Of a DNA stretch of 64,000 nucleotides, positions 14,390 through 24,668 are shown piece after piece. Under the pieces are notes generated by a model. The model ran no database searches. It saw only the letters and a program-made list of their open reading frames with translations, and had not been told where the DNA came from. A program made the position numbers and the translations under genes. The stretch comes from Thiobacillus sp. 65-29 (GTDB lineage: Bacteria; Pseudomonadota; Gammaproteobacteria; Burkholderiales; Thiobacillaceae), in NCBI GenBank assembly GCA_001899775.1, contig MKWN01000028.1, forward strand, positions 15,612 through 79,611, written 5' to 3'. Numbering within the stretch: the first letter of the stretch is position 1; each line of letters starts with the position of its first letter.

Positions 14390-15547
14390 TCAGAAGCGGT
14401 GGCTGACCATCAACTGCCAGTTGAGCTGGCTGTGGTCGATGACCATGCCGCCATTCATCGCTCCCGTCCCCGTCACCGAGTTCTCCGGCGCGTAGCTGAG
14501 CGCGAAGTTGACTTGCGAGCGCCCGCCGAAGGTGTAGCCAAAACCCGCCGTATAGTGATGTTCGACCGTTGCCGGCCACAGATAATTGACGAATTCGTCC
14601 GGAATCGGATTCTTGCCGTAGTTGTAGCCGATGCGCCCGGTAAGCGCGCCAGTGAATTTCCACGCAAGGCCGGCGGACACGACGACCTGGTTGTCCCAGT
14701 CCTGCTGGAATGGCGCCAGCGTCATGCCGTTCTGCAGAATGGTCACGGTGTTCATGCTGTCGCCCCACAGCACATCCTTCAGATCGGCGGCGACCAGCAA
14801 GCGCTCGCTCGCCTGCCAGGCGAAGCCGAGTCCGACCATGGCGGGCATGTCGAAGCCGGTCACCTTGTAGCCGGCGCCCTTGAGATCGGGCAGGTTGCCG
14901 GCGCTCTGGTAGACGCCGCCGAGGGTGAGCGCGTCGTTGAGCCGGTAGGTGAAGCCGAGCTTGGCGGCAAGGCTGTAGCCCTTGGCACGGCCGGTGAAAT
15001 CGCTGTCGTCCTTGAAGTCGATGTCCTTGCTGCCATTGCCATCGAGATCGGCGACCAGGTCCATGCCCGCCCACACGAGGTCGACGCTGCCGCCGATCGT
15101 GAGGCGCGCATTGGCGCGCCAGGCGAGCGGGAAGATGACGCGGCCGACGCCGACCTGGGCCATGTCGCCGCTGGCGTACTCGGTGCCCATGCCGCCCTGG
15201 CCGTAGATGCCGGCGCCCCAGGCGAAGTCACCCTGTTTCGCCACGTAGCCGAACGCCGGCATGTAGAACGCGTCCGCGCTGGAGTCGCCGAAGGTGCCGG
15301 GCGCCGACACGTCGGGCCCGACGTAGCCCAGCATCACGTCGACGCGGTGGCCGTCGGCCATCAGCCCGAGCGTGGCGGGGTTGTTCGCCAGCGCGGCACT
15401 GCCGTTGTCGTACGCCAGCGCCGCGCCGCCCATGCCGGTGGCAATGGGGCCGTAGCCTTCCATGATCATGCCGTTGGTGGCGGCGGCAAGGCCGGGCAGA
15501 CAGGCGCCCACCGCAATCAGGGCGGCGGCGAGTTTCATGGTGCGCAT
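14390..15547 (-). CDS. OmpP1/FadL-family outer-membrane channel for hydrophobic substrates
   Basis: Signal peptide; N-terminal plug NGMIMEGYGPIATGMGGA...NNPATL; C-terminal aromatic F (VSHRF). Confidence 0.85.
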   Translation of the reverse strand: MRTMKLAAALIAVGACLPGLAAATNGMIMEGYGPIATGMGGAALAYDNGSAALANNPATLGLMADGHRVDVMLGYVGPDVSAPGTFGDSSADAFYMPAFGYVAKQGDFAWGAGIYGQGGMGTEYASGDMAQVGVGRVIFPLAWRANARLTIGGSVDLVWAGMDLVADLDGNGSKDIDFKDDSDFTGRAKGYSLAAKLGFTYRLNDALTLGGVYQSAGNLPDLKGAGYKVTGFDMPAMVGLGFAWQASERLLVAADLKDVLWGDSMNTVTILQNGMTLAPFQQDWDNQVVVSAGLAWKFTGALTGRIGYNYGKNPIPDEFVNYLWPATVEHHYTAGFGYTFGGRSQVNFALSYAPENSVTGTGAMNGGMVIDHSQLNWQLMVSHRF

Positions 15548-15675
15548 CGGGTTCTCCGGGGGGACGGCAAAAAGAAAAGGCCGCCGATTCTAGCCGAAGT
15601 CGGGTTCGAATCGCGGCGCGGCGGCATGAATGATCGGCGATTTTCGGCGAAACCTTGGGCCTGCCCGGCAGGCCC

Positions 15676-15715
15676 CTGTTACACACTGTTACACGCTGTT
15701 GCACAGGCTACACAT
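15676..15715 (+). promoter_or_regulatory. Four phased 10-bp direct repeats, candidate OmpR/PhoB-family binding array
   Basis: CTGTTACACA CTGTTACACG CTGTTGCACA GGCTACACAT. Confidence 0.55.
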
Positions 15716-15796
15716 CCCGCTCACACGGCGTCGCTACATTACAACCGTCGCCAGCGCACCACGTGTCCGACCCTCCGGCAAGAAAAGGAACAACCC

Positions 15797-16216
15797 ATGC
15801 AAGCCAGATCGATCAAGCAGACCCTGATCCACATCGCCGCCGCCGTCGGCCTCGCCGCGACCGGCGCGCAGGCCGACTGGTACCGTGGCGACGGCAACGC
15901 CTTCGCGCCGGCGCAGGCGCTGAAGCAGAGCCAGCAATTCAGCCAGCAGATCGACGCCCGCCAGGCTTGGCAGCAGGCCCGCATCGAAGCGGGCCTGCGC
16001 AGCGGCGAACTCACCCTGCAAGAATTCCATGCCCTCGCGCGCCAGCAGCACGGCATCGCCGCGATGAAACGCCAATTCCTTGCCGACGGCCGCCTCGACG
16101 TCCACGAATTCCGCCACCTCGACGCAACGCTGGATGCGGCCAGCCGCGCCATCCGCGCCGAAAAGTATGACGCGCAGGCACGCGGGTACCGCGACTACCA
16201 TCCGCGCTACAACTGA
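15797..16216 (+). CDS. Secreted helical hypothetical protein
   Basis: AAAGGAA RBS; signal peptide ending GAQA; motif IEAGLRSGELT..E...L....ADGRL. Confidence 0.75.
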   Translation: MQARSIKQTLIHIAAAVGLAATGAQADWYRGDGNAFAPAQALKQSQQFSQQIDARQAWQQARIEAGLRSGELTLQEFHALARQQHGIAAMKRQFLADGRLDVHEFRHLDATLDAASRAIRAEKYDAQARGYRDYHPRYN

Positions 16217-16301
16217 ACTGCGCGAAACGCTACAGTTGCGGCGGGTGCAGCCGTTACTTGATTGATTATTCAATTGGTTATTCACCCGGGAACTCTACGA
16301 C

Positions 16302-16847
16302 ATGAAACACGCCCTCGCCCTTGCCCTCGCCGCAGGCCTCGCCGCGCCGGTCTTCGCCGACCCGCCGCAGCATGCACCGGCGCACGGGTATTACAAGGAA
16401 AAGAACAAGGCGAAGCACCGCCACCACGGCCGCAGCGGCGCGGTGTACGTGGCCGACTACGGCGTTTCGTCCGGGCGCTGCAACCGCGACGAAATCGGCG
16501 CGGTGATCGGCGGTGTCACGGGCGCAGTGATCGGCGGACAGGTGGCCGGACGCGAGGACCGCGTGGTCGGCATGGTGGTCGGCGGCGTGCTCGGCGCAGT
16601 GCTCGGTCACGCCGTCGGCGACAGCATGGACGACCGCGACCGTGCCTGCATGGGCCATGCGCTCGAACTCGGCCGGCCCGGCGTGCCGGTGGTGTGGAAC
16701 GGCGGTGGCCACCGCTACGACTTCACCCCGCGCGGCGACGCCCGCGACGGCTGCCGCTATGCCACGCTGGCGGTCGACGGCCGCAAGCCCAGGGAGGTGC
16801 TGGCCTGCCCGAGCGGGCGCGGCGAATGGAGTTTCCGCCGCATGTGA
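16302..16847 (+). CDS. Glycine-zipper (17 kDa surface antigen-like) secreted protein with His/Lys-rich N-terminus
   Basis: Signal peptide, [24 protein letters not shown] / GGVLGAVLG glycine zippers, MDDRDRAC. Confidence 0.78.
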   Translation: MKHALALALAAGLAAPVFADPPQHAPAHGYYKEKNKAKHRHHGRSGAVYVADYGVSSGRCNRDEIGAVIGGVTGAVIGGQVAGREDRVVGMVVGGVLGAVLGHAVGDSMDDRDRACMGHALELGRPGVPVVWNGGGHRYDFTPRGDARDGCRYATLAVDGRKPREVLACPSGRGEWSFRRM

Positions 16848-16929
16848 ATCCGGGACGGCACGGGGCGGGCAGGCGCCAGGCCTGCTAGAATCGGGGCTTT
16901 GCATCCGCGCCCCGCAAGGGCTCCGTGCC

Positions 16930-17994
16930 ATGTCCACCCTGAAAAACGACACCTTCCTGCGCGCCCTGCTGCGCCAGCCGACCGATTACACGCCGCTGTG
17001 GCTGATGCGCCAGGCGGGACGCTACCTGCCGGAGTACAACGCCACGCGTGCGCGCGCCGGCGACTTTCTCACCCTGTGCAAGACCCCCGACCTCGCCACC
17101 GAGGTCACGCTGCAACCGCTCGCCCGCTATCCGCTCGACGCCGCGATCCTGTTTTCCGACATTCTCACCGTGCCCGACGCGATGGGTCTGGGGCTGTATT
17201 TCTCGCAGGGCGAGGGGCCGCGCTTCGAGCGCCCGCTGCGCGACGAATGGGAAATCCGCGACCTCACGGCGCCCGATCCCACCGACAAGCTCGGCTACGT
17301 GATGGACGCGGTGCGCTCGATCCGCCGCGCGCTCGACGGCGCGGTGCCGCTCATCGGCTTCGCCGGCAGCCCCTACACCCTGGCGTGCTACATGATCGAA
17401 GGCGGCAGCTCGGACGATTACCGCCATATCAAGACCATGCTGTACGGTCGCCCCGATCTGCTGCACCGCATCCTCGACGTCACCGCGCACGCGGTGACCG
17501 ATTACCTCAACGCGCAGATCGAGGCGGGCGCGCAGGCGGTGATGATTTTCGACTCCTGGGGCGGCAGCCTCACGCCCCACGCCTACCGCGAGTTCTCGCT
17601 CGCCTACATGGAAAGAATCGTCGCCGGCCTCATCCGCGAGCGCGAAGGCCGCGTCGTGCCGAGCATCATCTTCACCAAGGGCGGCGGCAACTGGCTGGAG
17701 GCCATGGCGGGTATCGGCGCGGACGCCGTCGGTCTGGACTGGACCGTCGACATCGGTGAGGCGCGCCGTCGCGTCGGCGACCGCGTCGCCCTGCAGGGCA
17801 ACCTCGATCCCTGCACCCTGCACGGCACGCCGGAGATCATCCGCGCCGAGGCCGAGCGCATCATCGACAGCTATGGCAACCACCCCGGCCACGTCTTCAA
17901 TCTCGGCCACGGCATTTCGCAGTTCACCGACCCCGACAAGGTCACCGTGCTGGTGGACACCGTTCACCGTCACAGCCGGGCGCTGCGCGCCTGA
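16930..17994 (+). CDS. hemE: Uroporphyrinogen decarboxylase
   Basis: [30 protein letters not shown]. Confidence 0.97.
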   Translation: MSTLKNDTFLRALLRQPTDYTPLWLMRQAGRYLPEYNATRARAGDFLTLCKTPDLATEVTLQPLARYPLDAAILFSDILTVPDAMGLGLYFSQGEGPRFERPLRDEWEIRDLTAPDPTDKLGYVMDAVRSIRRALDGAVPLIGFAGSPYTLACYMIEGGSSDDYRHIKTMLYGRPDLLHRILDVTAHAVTDYLNAQIEAGAQAVMIFDSWGGSLTPHAYREFSLAYMERIVAGLIREREGRVVPSIIFTKGGGNWLEAMAGIGADAVGLDWTVDIGEARRRVGDRVALQGNLDPCTLHGTPEIIRAEAERIIDSYGNHPGHVFNLGHGISQFTDPDKVTVLVDTVHRHSRALRA

Positions 17995-18334
17995 CGGGCA
18001 GAGCCGGACTATTGAGGCGGCACGAAGAAGTTTGAAACCGTATCGGTTTGCAAGCGCTTCAGGGGTGGACAGATTCGTTGAGCCGCCTCAATAGAGCGCT
18101 GTTTTAATTGATTATTGCTTCGGCCCATTCACCTTCCCGACCTTGCAATATCGAATCGGATTACCCCGCCACTTCAAACTTCAGATGGCCGAATCAATAA
18201 CATCGAAAATTTCGAGTGTTTCACGTATAAAAATCGACTTTTCACGAGGTGGGGCAAGGCCCCACCATGTCCGTGCCTGCCGCAGCGATGCCCGGCAGAC
18301 CATCCCGCATGAACCCGAACCAAGGAGTCCCCCT

Positions 18335-19162
18335 GTGAAAACCTTCCTCATCAGCCTCTTCGCCGTTTTCCTCGGTTTCGGCCTCGTCGCGCACGATGCC
18401 GAAGCCAAGCGCCTCGGCGGCGGCAAGTCCTTCGGCATGCAGCGCAGCGCACCCGCGAAGAAAGAGGCTGCCCCCGCGCCGCAGCGCCAGCAGACCGCCG
18501 GCGCTCCCGCGCAGGCCGCGCCGCAGAAGCGCAGCTGGATGGGGCCGATCGCCGGTCTGGCGGCCGGTCTGGGCCTCGCCGCCCTGGCGTCTCACCTCGG
18601 CCTCGGCGAAGAAATGGCCAACGTCCTCATGCTGGCGCTGCTGGCCATGGGCGCCTTCCTGTTGTTCCGCCTGGCCATGCGCCGCAACGCGCCGCAACCG
18701 GCGATGCAATATGCCGGCCTGCCGCCGCAGGCGCCGGCAGCCTTCGACGCCACACCGGCCGCAGGCGGCAGTCCCCACGCCACGCGCAGCTTCCCGCCCG
18801 GCTTCGACGCCGCCGCCTTCGCACGCGAGGCACAGGTCAACTTCATCCGCCTGCAGGCCGCCTTCGACGCCGGCAACCTGGACGACCTGCGCGCGTTCAC
18901 CTCGCCCGAGGTGTTCGCCGAGCTGTCGATGCAGATCGCCGAGCGCGGCACGGACGCGCAGACCACCGACGTGCTGAACGTCAGCGCCGAGGTGCTGGAA
19001 GCGCTCGACGAGGACCAGCGCCATGTGGTGAGCGTTCGCTTCACCGGCAGCGCCCGCGAGGCCGCCAACCAGCCCGCCGAACCCTTCGACGAAGTGTGGC
19101 ACCTCAGCAAGCCGGCCGACGGCCCCGGCGGCTGGGTCATCACCGGCATCCAGCAGGTTTAA
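18335..19162 (+). CDS. Tim44-like domain membrane protein
   Basis: GTG start after AAGGAG; AKRLGGGKSFGMQR; FIRLQAA...LRAFT.PE; EVWHL...GW.ITGIQQ. Confidence 0.88.
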   Translation: MKTFLISLFAVFLGFGLVAHDAEAKRLGGGKSFGMQRSAPAKKEAAPAPQRQQTAGAPAQAAPQKRSWMGPIAGLAAGLGLAALASHLGLGEEMANVLMLALLAMGAFLLFRLAMRRNAPQPAMQYAGLPPQAPAAFDATPAAGGSPHATRSFPPGFDAAAFAREAQVNFIRLQAAFDAGNLDDLRAFTSPEVFAELSMQIAERGTDAQTTDVLNVSAEVLEALDEDQRHVVSVRFTGSAREAANQPAEPFDEVWHLSKPADGPGGWVITGIQQV

Positions 19163-19237
19163 GTCTTTGTTTCAATTGGCTTTCGCGCCCCATTCCGGGG
19201 GTGCGGGCGGCCTCGTACCGGTCATAGAAGCATCGAC

Positions 19238-19435
19238 TTATACACAGTCTGAATTGAACCGGAACTTTTTTTGTGTCAAGGGCTTGACAGCGGCAGTGTC
19301 TTTATAAGTCCATGATTTATATCGAAAAGTCATTTTGCCCGGTTTTTGGTCGTTGACGGACCGTCACGCAACGACGGGCTTTGCCGCATCTTGCGCCCAA
19401 TAACCCACAAAATTATCCACAGATTTCGTGGACAA
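19238..19435. promoter_or_regulatory. DnaA-box cluster with IHF-like site
   Basis: TTATACACA 19238-19246 and TTATCCACA 19413-19421 (both perfect); 2-mismatch boxes at 19401-19409 and, inverted, 19427-19435; IHF-like TAAGTCCATGATT near 19305-19317. Confidence 0.65.
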
Positions 19436-19578
19436 GCGGCGATTTCGCTTGTCGAACAGTAGTTTGTACCATGTTCCGCGACAAGCCTTGAGCACTCGGC
19501 ACTAAACGGCCCTGTCCGGGAACCCGGACGGATTGGGCATAATGCCCGGTCACGCCTCGCCAGGTCCGATCCCGCCAC

Positions 19579-21729
19579 ATGTCCGTCATTCTCCAGGTCG
19601 CCCTCGACACGCCGCTTCACCGGCTGTTCGACTATCGCCTGGCGACAGACACTCCGCTGGCAGCGGGCACGCTGGTCGAAGTGCCCTTCGGACGCACCCG
19701 CCAGGTCGGGGTCGTGCTCGGCGAAACCACCGCCAGCCCGCACGCCACCAAACTGCGCGACGTGCTGCGCGTGCTCGACGACCGGCCCGCGCTGCCGGCG
19801 GAACTGCTGCGCCTGGCACAGTTCTGCGCCGGGTATTACCACCACCCGCTCGGCGCCGTGCTGCTCGCCGCGCTGCCGCCGCGCCTGAAGAACGCCACCC
19901 CCTTCGCGGCGGATACGCCCTGGCTCGTGCTGACCGAAGCCGGGCGCGACGCCGAAGCGCCGGCGCGCGCACGCACCCGGCGCGCCCTGCTCGACGCCTT
20001 GCGCGCCGCGCCAGTCGCGCGCGCGACGCTGCGCGCGCAGGGGCAGATGCGCCACGCCGCCGCGCTGGTGGCAGCCGGCTGGGCCGCCTGGACCGCCGAC
20101 GCACCTGCGGTGGCCCCGCAACCCGACGCACCGGCGCCCGTCCCCACCGCCGAGCAGCAGGCCGCGCTGGAGTGCCTGCTGCCCGCGCTCGGTGGCTTCG
20201 GCGTGCACCTGGTCCACGGCGTCACTGGCTGCGGCAAGAGCGAGCTCTACCTGCGGCTGATCGCCGCCGCGCTGCAACAGGGGCGGCAGGCGCTGGTGCT
20301 GGTGCCGGAGATCGCGCTCACCCCGCAACTGGAACAGCATTTCCGCACGCGCTTTCCGGGCCGGCGCATCGTCGCCTTGCACAGCGGTCTGGCTGACAAG
20401 GTCCGCGCCGAAAACTGGCTCGCCGCGCCGGCGGCCGACGTGCTGCTCGGCACGCGGCTGGCGGTGTTCACGCCGCTGCCACGGCTCGGCGTCGTCGTCG
20501 TCGACGAGGAGCATGACGTTTCCTTCAAGCAGCAGGACGGCCTGCGCTATTCGGCGCGCGACGTCGCCATCGCGCGCGCCAAGCAGCGCGCGGTGCCGGT
20601 GGTGCTCGGCTCGGCCACGCCTTCGCTGGAGAGTTACGCACAGGCGCTGTCCGGCCGCTACCAGTTGATCGAGTTGAAAACACGCGCGGTCGCGCACGCA
20701 CGCCTGCCCGAGATCGAACTGCTCGACCTGCGTCACCTGCCGCAGGAGGACGGCCTCACCCGCCCCGCCCGCGACGCGCTCGCCGCCACCCTGGCGCGCG
20801 GCGAGCAAAGCCTGGTGTTCCTCAACCGCCGCGGTTATGCGCCCGCACTGTACTGTCCGGGTTGCGGCTGGGTCGCGCCGTGCCCGCACTGCTCGGCGCG
20901 GCTGGTGCTGCACCGCGCCGCGCACCGCCTCAAATGCCACCATTGCGGATTCGACGCACGCATCCCCGTGGCCTGTCCCGACTGCGGCAACCCGGACCTG
21001 AAGCCCCTCGGGCAGGGCACGCAGCGGCTGGAGGAAACACTCGCGGCACTGCTGCCCGCTGCGCGCATCCGCCGCATCGATCGGGATTCCATGCAGCCGC
21101 GCGCCTGGGCGGAACTGGGCGAGGCGATGCGCGCGCGCGAGGTCGACGTGCTGGTCGGCACGCAGATGCTGGCCAAGGGCCACGACTTTCCCGACATGAC
21201 GCTGGCGCTCATCCTCGACACCGACGGCGCGCTGTACAGCCCGGATTTTCGCGCCACCGAACGCCTGTTCGCGCAACTGATGCAGGTGGCCGGGCGTGCC
21301 GGCCGCGCGGAGAAACCCGGCCGCGTGCTGATCCAGACCGCATTCCCCGACCATCCGCTGTTCCGCTTTCTGCAACAACACGACTACGCCGGCTACGCGC
21401 GCACCCTGCTCGCCGAGCGCCGCCGCCTCGACCTGCCGCCTTTCACGCGCCAGGTGCTGCTGCGCGCCGAAGCACCGGCGATGGACGCCGCGCTCGCCTT
21501 CCTGCGCCGTGCTGCCGCCGACGCGCCCGATGCGGCACGCATCCGCGTGTTCACCCCCACCCCGGCGCCGATGGCGCGGGTCGCCAATCTCGAGCGCGCG
21601 CAACTGCTGGTGCAATCGGCCTCGCGCACCGCGCTGCAGGCCTTCGTGCGCGACTGGCGCGCGCGCCTGGACACGATCCGCCCGCGCGTGGCGCGCTGGT
21701 CGCTCGATGTCGATCCGCTGGTATTTTGA
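19579..21729 (+). CDS. priA: Primosomal protein N' (replication restart helicase)
   Basis: LFDY, GVTGCGKSE Walker A, DEEH, LNRRGY, two CxxC pairs, GTQMLAKGHDF, QVAGRAGR. Confidence 0.96.
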   Translation: MSVILQVALDTPLHRLFDYRLATDTPLAAGTLVEVPFGRTRQVGVVLGETTASPHATKLRDVLRVLDDRPALPAELLRLAQFCAGYYHHPLGAVLLAALPPRLKNATPFAADTPWLVLTEAGRDAEAPARARTRRALLDALRAAPVARATLRAQGQMRHAAALVAAGWAAWTADAPAVAPQPDAPAPVPTAEQQAALECLLPALGGFGVHLVHGVTGCGKSELYLRLIAAALQQGRQALVLVPEIALTPQLEQHFRTRFPGRRIVALHSGLADKVRAENWLAAPAADVLLGTRLAVFTPLPRLGVVVVDEEHDVSFKQQDGLRYSARDVAIARAKQRAVPVVLGSATPSLESYAQALSGRYQLIELKTRAVAHARLPEIELLDLRHLPQEDGLTRPARDALAATLARGEQSLVFLNRRGYAPALYCPGCGWVAPCPHCSARLVLHRAAHRLKCHHCGFDARIPVACPDCGNPDLKPLGQGTQRLEETLAALLPAARIRRIDRDSMQPRAWAELGEAMRAREVDVLVGTQMLAKGHDFPDMTLALILDTDGALYSPDFRATERLFAQLMQVAGRAGRAEKPGRVLIQTAFPDHPLFRFLQQHDYAGYARTLLAERRRLDLPPFTRQVLLRAEAPAMDAALAFLRRAAADAPDAARIRVFTPTPAPMARVANLERAQLLVQSASRTALQAFVRDWRARLDTIRPRVARWSLDVDPLVF

Positions 21730-21753
21730 TGCCCCACGCGCGGCGCTTATAAT
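21726..21753 (+). promoter_or_regulatory. Putative sigma70 promoter of argS overlapping the priA stop
   Basis: TTGATG-N16-TATAAT. Confidence 0.55.
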
Positions 21754-21801
21754 CGCCTGCTTCCGTTCGACACCGGAGACGGCGACGTCTTCCTGTCCCC
21801 C

Positions 21802-23475
21802 ATGTCCAGTATTCATCCGCTCAAGGAACAGCTCGCCCTGCTGGTCGGCGCCGCACTCGAAGCCATCGCGCCCGACGCGCCGGTGAGCCTGGAAATCGAG
21901 CGTCCGAAGAATCCGACGCACGGCGATTTTTCCAGCAACGCCGCCATGCAACTGGCGCGCCCGCTGAAGAAGAATCCGCGCGAGCTGGCGCAGGCGCTGC
22001 TCCTCGAACTGCCGAAATCACCGCTCGTCGCGAAGGCGGAGATCGCCGGCGCCGGCTTCATCAATTTCCACCTCACGCCGGCCGCATGGCATGGCATCGT
22101 GCAGCGCGTGCGCAGCGAGGGCGCAGCCTTCGGGCGCGGCAACGCCGGCGCAGGGCAACGCGTGCTGGTCGAATTCGTCTCCGCCAATCCGACCGGCCCG
22201 CTGCACGTCGGTCACGGCCGCCAGGCCGCGCTCGGCGACGCGATCTGCAATCTGTATGCGGCGCAGGGCTGGGAGGTCTACCGCGAGTTCTACTACAACG
22301 ACGCCGGCGTGCAGATCGCCACACTCGCCGCCAGCGTGCAGGCGCGCGCGCGCGGCCTGCAACCGGGCGACGCCGGGTGGCCGGAAGCCGCCTACAACGG
22401 CGACTACATCGCCGACATCGCGGCCGATTTCCTGGCGCGAAAGACGGTGCAGGCGGACGACCGCGCGTTCTCCGCTTCGGGCGATGCGAACGATCTGGAG
22501 TCGATTCGCCAGTTCGCCGTCGCCTACCTGCGCCACGAGCAGGATCTCGACTTGCAGGCGTTCGCGGTGCGCTTCGACAACTACTACCTGGAGTCGAGCC
22601 TGTACACCGACGGTCGCGTCGAGGCGACGGTGGCGAAGCTCGTCGCCGCCGGCAAGACCTACACGCAGGACGGCGCACTGTGGCTGCGCACCACGGAGTA
22701 CGGCGACGACAAGGACCGCGTGATGCGGAAGTCCGACGGCAGCTACACCTATTTCGTGCCGGACGTCGCCTACCACATCGCCAAATGGGAGCGCGGCTTC
22801 ACACGGGCGATCAACATCCAGGGCACCGACCACCACGGCACCATTGCCCGGGTCAGGGCGGGCCTGCAGGCGGCGGGGCTGGGCATCGCGGACGGCTATC
22901 CCGACTATCTGCTGCATACCATGGTGCGCGTCATGCGCGGCGGCGAGGAGGTGAAGATCTCGAAGCGCGCCGGCAGCTACGTGACGCTGCGCGACCTCAT
23001 CGAGTGGACCAGCAAGGACGCGGTGCGCTTCTTCCTCCTGTCGCGCAAGCCGGACACCGAATACATCTTCGACGTCGATCTCGCGCTGGCGAAGAACAAC
23101 GACAACCCGGTGTATTACGTGCAATACGCGCACGCGCGCATCTGCCGCGTGTTCGAGGAATGGGGCGGCGACGCCGCCACGCTCGACGCCGCCGACCTCG
23201 CACCGCTCATCGCGCCGCACGAACTCGCGCTGATGCAGCGCATCGCCGAATATCCGGAAGTCGTCGCCACTGCGGCGAAGGACCTCGCGCCGCACGGCGT
23301 CGTGCATTATCTGCAAGGACTGGCCGGCGATTTCCACGCCTGGTACAACGCCGAGAAATTCCTGGTCGACGATGTGGCGACGCGGCTTGCGCGCCTCGCG
23401 CTGGCCGACGCCACGCGCATCACGATCGTCAATGGCCTCGCCTTGCTTGGCGTGTCGGCGCCGGAGAAAATGTAG
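21802..23475 (+). CDS. argS: Arginine--tRNA ligase
   Basis: [22 protein letters not shown] (HIGH), [15 protein letters not shown]. Confidence 0.97.
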   Translation: MSSIHPLKEQLALLVGAALEAIAPDAPVSLEIERPKNPTHGDFSSNAAMQLARPLKKNPRELAQALLLELPKSPLVAKAEIAGAGFINFHLTPAAWHGIVQRVRSEGAAFGRGNAGAGQRVLVEFVSANPTGPLHVGHGRQAALGDAICNLYAAQGWEVYREFYYNDAGVQIATLAASVQARARGLQPGDAGWPEAAYNGDYIADIAADFLARKTVQADDRAFSASGDANDLESIRQFAVAYLRHEQDLDLQAFAVRFDNYYLESSLYTDGRVEATVAKLVAAGKTYTQDGALWLRTTEYGDDKDRVMRKSDGSYTYFVPDVAYHIAKWERGFTRAINIQGTDHHGTIARVRAGLQAAGLGIADGYPDYLLHTMVRVMRGGEEVKISKRAGSYVTLRDLIEWTSKDAVRFFLLSRKPDTEYIFDVDLALAKNNDNPVYYVQYAHARICRVFEEWGGDAATLDAADLAPLIAPHELALMQRIAEYPEVVATAAKDLAPHGVVHYLQGLAGDFHAWYNAEKFLVDDVATRLARLALADATRITIVNGLALLGVSAPEKM

Positions 23476-23480
23476 GCGAC

Positions 23481-24011
23481 ATGGCGAAACCCGCATCCCG
23501 TTCCAGCAAGCGCAGCGGCAGCCCGGTTTTCACCGGCGTGCTGATCGGCCTGATCGTCGGCGCCCTGCTCGCCGTGGGCGTCGCGCTGTGGGCGACCGGC
23601 AACAACCCGTTCCAGTCGACGAAATCGGCCACACCCAGCGTTTCGGCACCCGTGACCGCGACCACCCCAGAACCGGCACCCAGCTTCGATTTCTACAAGG
23701 TGCTGCCCGGCGGCACGCCGGCCGAACCGCCCACGGGCCCCGCCGTGAAGCCCGCCCCGCGCCTCTACCTGCAGGCCGGCGCCTTCCTCAATCCGAACGA
23801 CGCCGACAACCTCAAGGCGCAGCTCGCGATGCTGGGTATCGAAGCCGCCATCCAGACCGCCGAAGTGCCGGACAAGGGCGTGCTGCACCGCGTGCGCATC
23901 GGTCCGTTCGCGAGCGCGCACGACGTCGACAGCATCCGCGCGCGCCTCGCGCAGAACAATATCGCGGTCACGCTGGTCAGAGAAGAACCCATTTCACAGG
24001 AGACACCTTGA
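23481..24011 (+). CDS. SPOR domain cell-division protein (FtsN-like)
   Basis: N-terminal TM, FDFYKVLP, LQAGAF...A..LKAQL, HRVRIGPF; conserved argS-SPOR-dsbA order. Confidence 0.88.
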   Translation: MAKPASRSSKRSGSPVFTGVLIGLIVGALLAVGVALWATGNNPFQSTKSATPSVSAPVTATTPEPAPSFDFYKVLPGGTPAEPPTGPAVKPAPRLYLQAGAFLNPNDADNLKAQLAMLGIEAAIQTAEVPDKGVLHRVRIGPFASAHDVDSIRARLAQNNIAVTLVREEPISQETP

Positions 24012-24664
24012 TGCTCGCTCGCGCCTGGGCCTTTCTGGCCGCCGCCCTGCTTTCCCTGTCCGTGCTCGCCGCCCCGCCCGACGAGCCCTTCGAGGGTCAT
24101 GACTACGTGCGTGTCGCCACGCCCAAGCCGGTGGCGACCGGCAACCGGATCGAGGTGCTGGAGTTCTTCTGGTACCGCTGTCCGCACTGCAACCAGCTCG
24201 AACCCGGCCTGCAGGCCTGGCTGAAGACCCTGCCGAAGGACGCGCAGATCCGCCGCCTGCCTGCGGTATTCCGCGACGACTGGATGGCCGGCGCCAAGCT
24301 CTATCACACCCTCGCCCAGATGGGCCTGATCGATCGCCTGCACGAAAAAGTGTTCAATGCCTACCATGTGCAGAACCTCAATCTCGACAACCCCGCGGTG
24401 CTCGGCGACTGGATCGCCAAGCAGGGCGTCGACCGCAAGAAATTCGAGAGCCTCTACAACTCATTCACCACCCAGTCGCTCGCGCGCCAGGGCGGGCAGC
24501 TCGCCACCGCCTACGAGCTGCGCGGCGTGCCCGCCTTCATCATCGACGGCAAGTATCACACCTCGGTATCGATGACCGGCAGCGAGGCGCGCCTGTTCAC
24601 GGTGCTCGACCAGCTCATCGCCAAGGCGCGCGCCGAGCGCGCCGGCCGGAAACCGGCGAAATAA
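24011..24664 (+). CDS. dsbA: Thiol:disulfide interchange protein DsbA
   Basis: Signal peptide, EFFWYRCPHC, GVPAF cis-Pro loop. Confidence 0.92.
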   Translation: MLARAWAFLAAALLSLSVLAAPPDEPFEGHDYVRVATPKPVATGNRIEVLEFFWYRCPHCNQLEPGLQAWLKTLPKDAQIRRLPAVFRDDWMAGAKLYHTLAQMGLIDRLHEKVFNAYHVQNLNLDNPAVLGDWIAKQGVDRKKFESLYNSFTTQSLARQGGQLATAYELRGVPAFIIDGKYHTSVSMTGSEARLFTVLDQLIAKARAERAGRKPAK

Positions 24665-24668
24665 ATCC

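Noticed and set aside
16255-16275. FNR box upstream of the glycine-zipper gene (TTGATTGATTATTCAA)
   Set aside because: Does not fit TTGAT-N4-ATCAA spacing; just an AT-rich promoter patch.
18033-18062. LacI-type operator (TGAAACCGTATC / TGCAAGCGCTTCAG)
   Set aside because: Only half-matches, and there is no LacI regulator or sugar genes nearby.
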